A stretch of DNA of 33,905 nt, taken from the IMG/VR virus record IMGVR_UViG_2541047807_000007. One strand, 5' to 3'. This stretch comes from a virus. Taxonomy: Duplodnaviria; Heunggongvirae; Uroviricota; Caudoviricetes. The notes under the pieces are model-generated. The model did not search any database. It saw only the letters and a list, made by a program, of their open reading frames with translations, and was not told where the DNA came from. The translations under genes and the position numbers were made by a program. Shown piece by piece: positions 1 to 7,961 of the stretch. The number at the start of each line of letters is the position of its first letter. Positions within the stretch are counted from its first letter, which is position 1.

Positions 1-996
1 TTATGGACGCATTATGGACATTCCTGACACCGGGTTAAGAGTCACAGCATCTTGTAAGAAATCCGGTGCAAAGTGTGCGTAGGTCATAGTTTGCTGAATG
101 TTAGAATGACCCAGGATGCGCTGCAATGTGATTATGTTACCTCCATTCATTATAAAATGTGTGGCAAATGTATGCCTCAAAACATGCACTGCCTGTCCGT
201 CAGGTAAATCGGGTTTTACTTCCCTGAGAGCGTTGCGCACTTTGTAGTAACTGGCATTAAAAAGCCTGCCAGAATTTTTGGTTTTGATCCGTTTAATCAA
301 GTCCTGCGAAACGGGAATTGTCCTGCGCTTTCCGTTTTTGGTTTTCATAAACGTAACCATTTGGTTAATGATGTGTTCAGCTTTTAAATTAGACACTTCA
401 CTCCAGCGTCCACCAGTAGAAAGGCAGACCAGAGTCGTATTTAATTCATCACCATCAAGCATGGATAGCAGCCGCGTAATCTCTTCACTGGACAAAAAAG
501 CCATTTCCGTAACAGCTTCACGTAACCGCTTCACCTCACGGAACGGGTTGTGAGAGTGATATTCACCGGCGTCAATTAACTTGGTGAACATCCCGCTCAT
601 TATTGCCAGATGCCGATTTACGCTGGCTGGTTTTAGACCGTCGTTCATCATTACAACGCGATAATCAGTTATCGTTTTCTTTGTTAGCTGGTCCGCCCTG
701 GACACTCCCATCTCAGCAAATTTGGCAATTATTGTCGTCAAACGCCCCCGTTCAATATCTCCACGCTCATGTGATTTTCCGTGATATATCCACCATCTGC
801 CTAACAACTCTGTAAGAGTTCGGCGGTCGGCCGGCTTCTCCAACCACTCTTTGTTGTGGTAGTTAACCAGGACATGACGCTCGAATGCCTGGGCTTCACC
901 TTTAGTTTTAAATTTCCGCCTGATACGTTTTCCATCTGCACCCTGCGGCCTGACGTCCACTTCATAACGACCATCATCGAGCTTTTTAATAGACAT
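1..996 (-). CDS. int: Tyrosine recombinase, P2-type prophage integrase (331 aa)
   Basis: Full ORF with SD (GGAGGG) before the ATG; C-terminal R..H..RHT..Y-type integrase catalytic region (HVLRHTFATH, TYAHF); first gene at prophage edge, transcribed with the repressor as in P2. Confidence 0.9.
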   Translation of the reverse strand: MSIKKLDDGRYEVDVRPQGADGKRIRRKFKTKGEAQAFERHVLVNYHNKEWLEKPADRRTLTELLGRWWIYHGKSHERGDIERGRLTTIIAKFAEMGVSRADQLTKKTITDYRVVMMNDGLKPASVNRHLAIMSGMFTKLIDAGEYHSHNPFREVKRLREAVTEMAFLSSEEITRLLSMLDGDELNTTLVCLSTGGRWSEVSNLKAEHIINQMVTFMKTKNGKRRTIPVSQDLIKRIKTKNSGRLFNASYYKVRNALREVKPDLPDGQAVHVLRHTFATHFIMNGGNIITLQRILGHSNIQQTMTYAHFAPDFLQDAVTLNPVSGMSIMRP

Positions 997-1089
997 AAAG
1001 CCCTCCGATGACGCTGTTTACTTCTACTACTTGAAAATTAATGCAATTTTCTTTCGTACATTTACTGCACACATATGCTGAATAAATCG

Positions 1090-1389
1090 TCAGCCAGTCT
1101 TTTGGTCTGAGTGGTGCAAGGTTGTTGAGTCTTGCCCAATGTGTGCGAGCGCCGGGGCTATTTGTCCGGCAGCGGGATCTGTCTCATCAAACATGAACCA
1201 GTCACGGTATTTTCTGAACCTTTCTACTTTAAAAAACTTCTTAGCATTTTCTAGGGACATCATAGCCTTACCTGATTCATAACCTGCATATGTGGTGTAG
1301 TTGATGCCAGCTAGTTCAGCTACCTCCTTCATTTTCAGACGTTCAGACTCACGGATAAGCTTCAAACGTTCGCTAGTGTCAGTTGACAT
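1090..1389 (-). CDS. C: Immunity repressor C-like HTH protein (99 aa from internal ATG; track ORF extends to 1440)
   Basis: HTH segment LKMKEVAELAGINYTTYAGYESGK; divergent from the early operon; the internal Met gives a P2 C-sized protein with an SD-like GAGGT upstream, whereas the upstream ORF start has none. Confidence 0.7.
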   Translation of the reverse strand: MSTDTSERLKLIRESERLKMKEVAELAGINYTTYAGYESGKAMMSLENAKKFFKVERFRKYRDWFMFDETDPAAGQIAPALAHIGQDSTTLHHSDQKTG

Positions 1390-1447
1390 AAATTCTCTAA
1401 CCTCGTATTCTTTTGCATAGTTGATATGATTTATCAGCATCTAACGA

Positions 1448-1468
1448 CTCTAAATCGCTCTAGATCGC
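1448..1468. promoter_or_regulatory. Tandem direct repeats CTCTAAATCGC / CTCTAGATCGC (10-bp period) in the C-cox switch region; candidate repressor operator
   Basis: Seen directly in the 103-bp intergenic between divergent C and cox; P2-type repressors are known to bind direct repeats flanking the early promoter. Confidence 0.5.
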
Positions 1469-1492
1469 TGACATCAATGTGAGGATAGCAAA

Positions 1493-1849
1493 ATGAATGT
1501 CGGATCTGAAATTTGTGACGAGAAAAGACAAGAAGTTTCTGCTCTTAAAAAAAACAAGCGTGATTCCATTAAGTTGGCTGCGGATCCGTCAGATTTACTG
1601 TCGAAAGAGGGTTTTGCTCTTTACATCGGTAAGACTCCTCGTGCGGTGGCTGAAATGGCACGAGCTGGAAAGCTGCCAGCATTCTATATGACAGACCCGT
1701 TAAAGCCGGGCGGTCACGCTGAGTTATGGATTAATCGTCGTGAGTGGGACAAATATGCAGCTCAACTAGTCGATGAAGCTCCGACAGAATGGCATGACTG
1801 GAAGAACCGCATAAGTTACAGCAAATCCAGACATGGCCACGCGGCCTAA
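1493..1849 (+). CDS. cox: Cox/Apl-type excisionase-like HTH early regulator (118 aa)
   Basis: First gene of the rightward early operon, SD GAGGA before the ATG; HTH-like YIGKTPRAVAEMARAGKLP; assigned by position and fold type. It is longer than my recollection of P2 Cox, so the immunity region may be a variant type. Confidence 0.6.
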   Translation: MNVGSEICDEKRQEVSALKKNKRDSIKLAADPSDLLSKEGFALYIGKTPRAVAEMARAGKLPAFYMTDPLKPGGHAELWINRREWDKYAAQLVDEAPTEWHDWKNRISYSKSRHGHAA

Positions 1850-1858
1850 GGAGGAGCC

Positions 1859-2323
1859 ATGAGGCAAGATTTAAATAAAACATCGGTGACTATCATCAGA
1901 GGAAACCTTGAAGATGCATCACCATCTAACAGCCTGACTATTACGTATAGTGAGTTTGCTAATAGTACGAAAGAGTATAAATCAGCCGATGAATTGAGAA
2001 AACAAAATATCATTTTGGATAATGATGAACTTGTTTTTATTAGTTCAGATGGTGATGAAGAAATTCTACGGCTGAATTTGAAATCTTTATTTCATGACTC
2101 TTTTTTGCGCATTAAATATGAATGCGTTGGTATGACCGTTCAAGAGCGCATGGAACTCGCTAAGGCTCTTCGTGAAACGATAATTTCTAAATCAGGCGAT
2201 ATAAATAGTATTAAATGGTCAATAGGGCTTGATGACTGGAAAAGTATTTTTGACATGATGACGCATCCGTATAAACAGCATACGGATGCAAGATGCTATT
2301 TTAAAAATGATTTATATCAATAA
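1859..2323 (+). CDS. Hypothetical protein (154 aa), AT-rich cargo ORF translationally coupled to cox
   Basis: Strong SD GGAGG 4 nt before the ATG, 9 nt after the cox stop; much lower GC than flanking backbone; no motif I recognise. Confidence 0.6.
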   Translation: MRQDLNKTSVTIIRGNLEDASPSNSLTITYSEFANSTKEYKSADELRKQNIILDNDELVFISSDGDEEILRLNLKSLFHDSFLRIKYECVGMTVQERMELAKALRETIISKSGDINSIKWSIGLDDWKSIFDMMTHPYKQHTDARCYFKNDLYQ

Positions 2324-2495
2324 AGCCTTTGAGTTGGACTGGCTTTTTAGGGTGAATGATCTCTCTTAATTGAATAGTTAATTCATCCACTTTTTTAGCG
2401 TCCTCAAAATCTCCCATTGGAGTTGGTAGGGTATTTGCTAATGCAACCGCTTTTTCGAGAGTGGTTATAAGTTCGTCAATATTTTGATTATTCAT
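2301..2495 (-). CDS. Hypothetical small protein (64 aa), convergent with and overlapping the 3' end of the 154-aa ORF
   Basis: Good SD (GAGGT, about 6 nt spacing) before the ATG; protein-like acidic/helical composition; the orientation is antisense to the early operon, so its reality is uncertain. Confidence 0.4.
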   Translation of the reverse strand: MNNQNIDELITTLEKAVALANTLPTPMGDFEDAKKVDELTIQLREIIHPKKPVQLKGFIDINHF

Positions 2496-2595
2496 TTATT
2501 ACCTCGCTTGTGGTTGGTTGTTTTTGGCGATTCGATCTTACCACAAGACCATGTGCCGGACATGGCTAAAAACCGGCTCTGTTTCAGGAGGAGTT

Positions 2596-2766
2596 ATGCA
2601 GGAACCTCGTTGTATTGCTCAGTTATTGCGTAACGAAAGCCCTAGGGCGATTGACTTCACCATCACCCACGGGAAAGGACGCAAGGGAATCATTATCCGC
2701 ACCAAAAAACAGAGTTCGTTAAAGAAGGCTCTGACCTTTCTGAAAAGCCGGAGGGTCTGGAAATGA
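2596..2766 (+). CDS. Small basic early protein (56 aa from internal ATG; track ORF starts 2518)
   Basis: Strong SD AGGAGG 5 nt before the internal ATG; ATGA overlap with the next gene; position of the small ORF preceding B in P2. Confidence 0.55.
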   Translation: MQEPRCIAQLLRNESPRAIDFTITHGKGRKGIIIRTKKQSSLKKALTFLKSRRVWK

Positions 2767-3263
2767 CAGTGATGACGCTTAATCTCGTTGAAAAACAGCC
2801 AGCAGCTATGCGCCGGATAATTGGTAAGCATCTGGCCGTCCCTCGCTGGCAGGATACATGTGATTATTATAATCAGATGATGGAACGCGAACGGCTAACG
2901 GTTTGCTTTCATGCGCAGTTAAAACAGCGTCACGCAACGATGCGTTTTGAAGAAATGAACGACGTCGAACGTGAACGGCTGGTTTGTGCAATTGATGAAT
3001 TGCGCGGGGCATTCTCAAAACGCCGTCAGGTTGGCGCAAGTGAGTATGCATATATTAGTTTTTTAACAGTCAGTCAGCGTCGCACTTTATTTATGCACGC
3101 ACGACTGACAGAAAAAGAATTTAACCAGCCATACTGGCGAATTAATGAAGAGTCATGTTACTGGCGTGATGCTTTATTCCGTGCATTACGTGAATTATTC
3201 AGTCTGTTTGAGTATGCACCGACAATTCTGACGTCGGTAAAACCAGAGCAATATCTGCATTAA
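2763..3263 (+). CDS. B: Replication gene B-like early protein (166 aa)
   Basis: Same length and map position as P2 gpB (after cox, before A); translationally coupled to the upstream ORF. Assignment is by synteny and length only. Confidence 0.5.
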   Translation: MTVMTLNLVEKQPAAMRRIIGKHLAVPRWQDTCDYYNQMMERERLTVCFHAQLKQRHATMRFEEMNDVERERLVCAIDELRGAFSKRRQVGASEYAYISFLTVSQRRTLFMHARLTEKEFNQPYWRINEESCYWRDALFRALRELFSLFEYAPTILTSVKPEQYLH

Positions 3264-3284
3264 GTAATTAACCAAAGTTTTTAA

Positions 3285-3312
3285 CGCACTTAATCGTGCG
3301 GGGCTTCTTTTT
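3285..3312 (+). terminator. Weak hairpin (CGCAC-N6-GTGCG) plus T-tract after B; possible attenuator
   Basis: Short 5-bp stem followed by CTTCTTTTTG; seen in sequence only. Confidence 0.25.
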
Positions 3313-3326
3313 GCCTGGAGAAAGTC

Positions 3327-3539
3327 ATGCATACAGTTTCTGAAAATCAGTGCGGTAAATACGCATTAATGCTGCAACAGGCCAGAACCGAAGCACAGGC
3401 TGACGCAGCAACGCGCTTTTCGTCTCATCTTGATGCCATGATTCGCCACATCACAAAGGCGGAGTTATCCCGCGTGGAGATAGTCGAGTTGCTCAGTCAG
3501 GAGTCTGCCAAATTCCATAATCTAGGACTCAATAAATAA
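3327..3539 (+). CDS. Small early hypothetical protein (70 aa)
   Basis: ATG with GGAG SD; in the P2 orf80-83 block between B and A. Confidence 0.6.
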   Translation: MHTVSENQCGKYALMLQQARTEAQADAATRFSSHLDAMIRHITKAELSRVEIVELLSQESAKFHNLGLNK

Positions 3540-3553
3540 CAGGAAAGTTGGAA

Positions 3554-3799
3554 ATGACAAATACAAAATGGTTAAGGAAACGCTTAACAGATTATCAACT
3601 TTCATTACTTAAAAAATTAGATGACAAGACTCCACTACATCCTTCAAGCGATGTCTTCCGCTCTTGGCCTAGCCGTGTGGAAAAAACATTTATAGCAATG
3701 GGGAAATGGGGACTTGTGACCAAATCAAGAGAAGGTTTCTGTATTACCGATAATGGCCGGGAAATGATTGATTCTGCGGAGAGGGCATACAGCGAATGA
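3554..3799 (+). CDS. Small early hypothetical protein (81 aa from first ATG; track ORF starts at a TTG at 3548)
   Basis: AGGAAAG SD before the ATG; part of the early gene block. Confidence 0.6.
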   Translation: MTNTKWLRKRLTDYQLSLLKKLDDKTPLHPSSDVFRSWPSRVEKTFIAMGKWGLVTKSREGFCITDNGREMIDSAERAYSE

Positions 3800-4086
3800 A
3801 AAATATATTGCTTAATAACTGGCTGAAGATTTCAGTTATGAAAAACGGTGATTTGTCGCTAGCTGATATTAAACGCGATAAAAACACTGGGGATATGGTG
3901 GAATCAACTATAGCCATTTATGCGGATAAATTAAACCTCCTGTCTGATGTGGTCAATTTACTTGTTAAACGCGCTGTATTCCACAAGCAAATTTCCTCCG
4001 TGGATGAACTGACGAAATTAACGACAGAAATCGCCAGCTATTGCGCTGATGAATTTAAAAAACTGAACGACAAAAGGAACTGGTAA
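3796..4086 (+). CDS. Small early hypothetical protein (96 aa)
   Basis: ATGA start/stop overlap with the upstream gene (translational coupling). Confidence 0.6.
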   Translation: MKNILLNNWLKISVMKNGDLSLADIKRDKNTGDMVESTIAIYADKLNLLSDVVNLLVKRAVFHKQISSVDELTKLTTEIASYCADEFKKLNDKRNW

Positions 4087-4310
4087 TGCCGGACAACGTA
4101 GATTTTATTCAGGAACAACAGGCTGAATTACTGGAGCGCCAGATTAACGCGGCAAGGGTAAAACATTGCGGTGCTTCTGCGCTGGTTTGCGAAGAGTGTG
4201 ATGCGCCAATACCTGCTGCCCGTCGTGCGGCTTATCCGTCAGCCACGCGTTGTGTTTCCTGTCAGTCAGTCTTTGAAGCAAAAAACAAACATTACCGGAG
4301 AACGGCATGA
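4086..4310 (+). CDS. TraR/DksA-family C4 zinc-finger protein (74 aa)
   Basis: CxxC-N17-CxxC motif (CEECD...CVSCQ) in a 74-aa protein; a typical small P2-like early-region Zn-finger protein. Confidence 0.7.
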   Translation: MPDNVDFIQEQQAELLERQINAARVKHCGASALVCEECDAPIPAARRAAYPSATRCVSCQSVFEAKNKHYRRTA

Positions 4311-4582
4311 GTATTCGTATTGAAATTGGCGAACGTTATGTCGTTACCAGTGACAGCTTTCAGTTTATTCTCCACGAGAAAAAGAGAGCGGAAAGCGGTA
4401 AAAACGCCGGTCAGGAATGGCTGGCGGTGGTTGGTTATTACCCGAAATTAAGCCAGCTCGTTTCCGGCCTGATGCATCACGATATTCTGACCGGAAGCGC
4501 AAAGTCTTTTGCTGATTTAAACGCGCAGGTTGAGCAACTCAGCAAGCGTTGCTCAGAGGCTTTTGGCTCATATGGCCGTTAA
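4307..4582 (+). CDS. Small early hypothetical protein (91 aa)
   Basis: ATGA overlap with the upstream gene; 11-nt overlap with the A start. Confidence 0.55.
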   Translation: MSIRIEIGERYVVTSDSFQFILHEKKRAESGKNAGQEWLAVVGYYPKLSQLVSGLMHHDILTGSAKSFADLNAQVEQLSKRCSEAFGSYGR

Positions 4583-6848
4583 AGCCTCCGGGCGTTTTGT
4601 CCCTCCGTCAGCATTTGCCGCAGGCACCGGTAAGGCGTTTACCGGTGCTTATGCATGGAACGCGCCACGCGAGGCTGTCGGGCGCGAAAGACCCCTTACA
4701 CGTGACGAGATGCGTCAGGTGCAAGGTGTTTTATCCACGATTAACCGCCTGCCTTACTTTTTGCGCTCGCTGTTTACTTCACGCTATGACTACATCCGGC
4801 GCAATAAAAGCACGGTGCACGGGTTTTATTTCCTCACATCCACTTTTCAGCGTCGTTTATGGCCGCGCATTGAGCGTGTGAATCAGCGCCATGAAATGAA
4901 CACCGACGCGTCGTTGCTGTTTCTGGCAGAGCGTGACCACTATGCGCGCCTGCCGGGAATGAATGACAAGGAGCTGAAAAAGTTTGCCGCCCGTATCTCA
5001 TCGCAGCTTTTCATGATGTATGAGGAACTCAGCGATGCCTGGGTGGATGCGCATGGCGAAAAAGAATCGCTGTTTACGGATGAGGCGCAGGCTCACCTGT
5101 ATGGTCATGTTGCTGGCGCTGCACGTGCTTTCAATATTTCCCCGCTCTACTGGAAAAAATACTGTAAAGGACAGATGACCACGAGGCAGGCATATTCTGC
5201 CATTGCCCGCCTGTTTAACGATGAGTGGTGGACTCATCAGCTTAAAGGCCAGCGTATGCGCTGGCATGAGGCGTTACTGATTGCTGTAGGGGAGGTCAAT
5301 AAAGACCGTTCTCCTTATGCCAGTAAACACGCCATTCGTGATGTGCGTGCACGCCGCCAGGCAAATCTGGAATTTCTTAAATCGTGTGACCTCGAAAACA
5401 GGGAAACCGGCGAGCGCATCGACCTTATCAGTAAGGTGATGGGCAGTATTTCTAATCCTGAAATTCGTCGGATGGAGTTGATGAACACCATTGCCGGTAT
5501 TGAGCGTTACGCCGCCGCAGAGGGCGATGTGGGGATGTTTATCACGCTGACCGCGCCGTCAAAGTATCACCCGACACGTCAGGTCGGAAAAGGCGAAAGT
5601 AAAACCGTCCAGCTTAATCACGGCTGGAATGATGAGGCATTTAATCCAAAGGATGCGCAGCGATATCTCTGCCGTATCTGGAGCCTGATGCGCACGGCAT
5701 TCAAGGATAATGATTTACAGGCCTACGGTTTGCGTGTCGTTGAGCCACACCACGACGGAACGCCGCACTGGCATATGATGCTTTTTTGTAATCCACGCCA
5801 GCGTAACCAGATTATCGAAATCATGCGTCGCTATGCGCTTAAAGAGGATGGCGACGAAAGAGGAGCCGCGCGAAACCGTTTTCAGGCAAAACACCTTAAC
5901 CGGGGCGGTGCTGCGGGGTATATCGCGAAATACATCTCAAAAAACATCGACGGATATGCACTGGATGGTCAGCTCGATAACGATACCGGCAGGCCGCTGA
6001 AAGACACAGCAGCGGCTGTTACCGCATGGGCGTCAACGTGGCGTATCCCGCAATTTAAAACGGTTGGTCTGCCGACAATGGGGGCTTACCGTGAACTACG
6101 CAAATTGCCTCGTGGCGTCAGCATTGCTGATGAGTTTGACGAACGCGTCGAGGCTGCACGCGCCGCCGCAGACAGTGGTGATTTTGCGTTGTATATCAGC
6201 GCGCAGGGTGGGGCAAATGTCCCGCGCGATTGTCAGACTGTCAGGGTTGCCCGTAGCCCGTCGGATGACGTTAACGAGTATGAGGAAGAAGTCGAGAGAG
6301 TGGTCGGCATTTACGCGCCGCATCTCGGCGCGCGTCATATTCATATCACCAGAACCACGGACTGGCGCATTGTTCCGAAAGTTCCTGTCGTTGAGCCTTT
6401 GACTTTAAAAAGCGGCATCGCCGCGCCTCGGAGTCCTGTCAATAACTGTGGAAAGCTCACCGGTGGTGATACTTCGTTACCGGCTCCCACACCTTCTGAA
6501 CACGCCGCAGCAGTGCTTAATCTGGTTGATGACGGTGTTATCGAATGGAACGACACGGAGGTCGTGAGGGCGCTCAGGGGGGCATTAAAACACGACCTGA
6601 GAACACCAAATCGTCAGCAAAGAAACGGAAGCCCGTTAAAACCACATGAAATTGCACCATCGGCCAGACTGACCCGGTCGGAAAGAATGCAAATTACCCG
6701 TATCCGCGTTGACCTTGCTCAGAACGGTATCAGGCCGCAGCGATGGGAGCTTGAGGCGCTGGCGCGTGGCGCGACCGTAAATTATTACGGGAAATCTTTC
6801 AATTATCAGGTCGCTGATGAGTGGCCTGGATTTTTGTTACCCATTTGA
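4572..6848 (+). CDS. A: Replication initiation endonuclease gpA (rolling-circle HUH/Y initiator; 758 aa from first ATG, track ORF starts at a TTG at 4530)
   Basis: HUH metal-binding motif (PHWHMMLF) and catalytic tyrosine motif (GYIAKYISKN); size and position of P2 gpA. Confidence 0.9.
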   Translation: MAVKASGRFVPPSAFAAGTGKAFTGAYAWNAPREAVGRERPLTRDEMRQVQGVLSTINRLPYFLRSLFTSRYDYIRRNKSTVHGFYFLTSTFQRRLWPRIERVNQRHEMNTDASLLFLAERDHYARLPGMNDKELKKFAARISSQLFMMYEELSDAWVDAHGEKESLFTDEAQAHLYGHVAGAARAFNISPLYWKKYCKGQMTTRQAYSAIARLFNDEWWTHQLKGQRMRWHEALLIAVGEVNKDRSPYASKHAIRDVRARRQANLEFLKSCDLENRETGERIDLISKVMGSISNPEIRRMELMNTIAGIERYAAAEGDVGMFITLTAPSKYHPTRQVGKGESKTVQLNHGWNDEAFNPKDAQRYLCRIWSLMRTAFKDNDLQAYGLRVVEPHHDGTPHWHMMLFCNPRQRNQIIEIMRRYALKEDGDERGAARNRFQAKHLNRGGAAGYIAKYISKNIDGYALDGQLDNDTGRPLKDTAAAVTAWASTWRIPQFKTVGLPTMGAYRELRKLPRGVSIADEFDERVEAARAAADSGDFALYISAQGGANVPRDCQTVRVARSPSDDVNEYEEEVERVVGIYAPHLGARHIHITRTTDWRIVPKVPVVEPLTLKSGIAAPRSPVNNCGKLTGGDTSLPAPTPSEHAAAVLNLVDDGVIEWNDTEVVRALRGALKHDLRTPNRQQRNGSPLKPHEIAPSARLTRSERMQITRIRVDLAQNGIRPQRWELEALARGATVNYYGKSFNYQVADEWPGFLLPI

Positions 6849-7107
6849 GTAAAAATGCAGCGTGATTTTATATGCCTTTGAATGGATTATGCGAAGCGCC
6901 TCTAAGGCAGATGAGGAGCAATAGCATGCTGAAGTAGAAGGCTAAATTGTATTGAATCGCTAGCATGTAATTTAAGGCAGCTATTTGATTCGAGTCATAA
7001 AAGAGCATCTATTTCGGCTAATAAAACCATTGCGAGTGACCTTTTGTCGAAGCATAATTCATCTCGAGCGAAGTCTTGCTAGTCTTTCATCGGAATGATG
7101 ACAGGCG

Positions 7108-7139
7108 CAAAAAAACCACCCTGGCAGGTGGTTTTTTTG
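7108..7139. terminator. Bidirectional intrinsic terminator (A7 - ACCACC-CTGGCA-GGTGGT - T7)
   Basis: GC-containing stem flanked by an A-tract upstream and a T-tract downstream, about 260 bp after the A stop. Confidence 0.7.
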
Positions 7140-7836
7140 TTTGAAGCATACTAAAGAATAATACTTACATGGATATTACTGACGTTTACTGACAAACCAC
7201 TTGGACTACCATATGGATAGCCAAAGAGGGCCAGAACGAGAATGCAGTAATAGCACTTCTTCATATCTCCTCCTGTAAGCAGAGGGCAATTTCCGCCGAT
7301 ATATGCGCTTCTGAGGCGGAGTTACTATTTAGCGAAGTCTTGCCCTGAAATAATGCTCTGTTTAAACGCAAAGTGATCTGGCATATCACCGAACAGAGAG
7401 CCTGAACAACACAACATATAGTATGTCGTTGTTTCTGGTTGCATTTTATGTTGTGTAATACTGGTTTTGCATCAAGGATGTTTGAGCTTTTTTTGATATA
7501 GCTCAAAGTAAAAAGCAGGGACTACGGATGATAAGGTATTGAAAGCAATGTAAATTTTTTAAAGTTATTAGTGGCTAAAAAATGCACGGTTTCAATATGG
7601 CGGACTTAAATAAGCAATTAAAAAAGTCATAAATATCACTAAAATCATGGTGTTACGTTTTTTTTGTGGGAGCTGCGGTGACGCTTAAGTTGATTTGTCA
7701 TTAAATAAGCCGTGCATGCAACAAGTGAATGTTTTTGCATGCGTCGGGGATGCCCGTTCCAGCTGCTCGCGGTCAGAGCTGGTGCGGATCCATAGTATCT
7801 ATGCAACTGCATTAAAACCGCCACATGAAGCGGGCG

Positions 7837-7855
7837 GGCGAGGCGGGGAAAGCAC
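7837..7855. other. cos cohesive-end site, 19-nt GGCGAGGCGGGGAAAGCAC
   Basis: Exact match to the P2/P4 cohesive-end sequence as I recall it, inside a local GC-rich island in otherwise AT-rich DNA, in the expected A...cos...Q interval. Confidence 0.65.
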
Positions 7856-7961
7856 CGCGCGTAAGATAAACAGAAGAGCGAAGGATTATGGTTGAGTATT
7901 TGTGTTTTTGTACATATGATAAAAAGGTGTTTACGCTTAAAAACACATCAAAGGAGATGAT

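Noticed and set aside
2763-3263. Possibility that the 166-aa early protein is a 186-type CII regulator rather than P2 B
   Set aside because: It does not resemble the 186 CII sequence as I recall it, and synteny and length fit P2 B; kept as B-like at moderate confidence only.
7261-7506. 81-aa minus-strand ORF in the gene-less tract
   Set aside because: No SD, Cys-rich low-complexity translation, lies across repeats; judged to be a chance ORF.
7730-7890. GC-rich island in the AT-rich A-Q interval that at first looked like a structured ncRNA (for example a retron msr/msd) next to the ATPase operon
   Set aside because: It contains the 19-nt P2-type cos sequence, so the island is best explained as the conserved cos/terminase recognition region; no reverse transcriptase gene is present.
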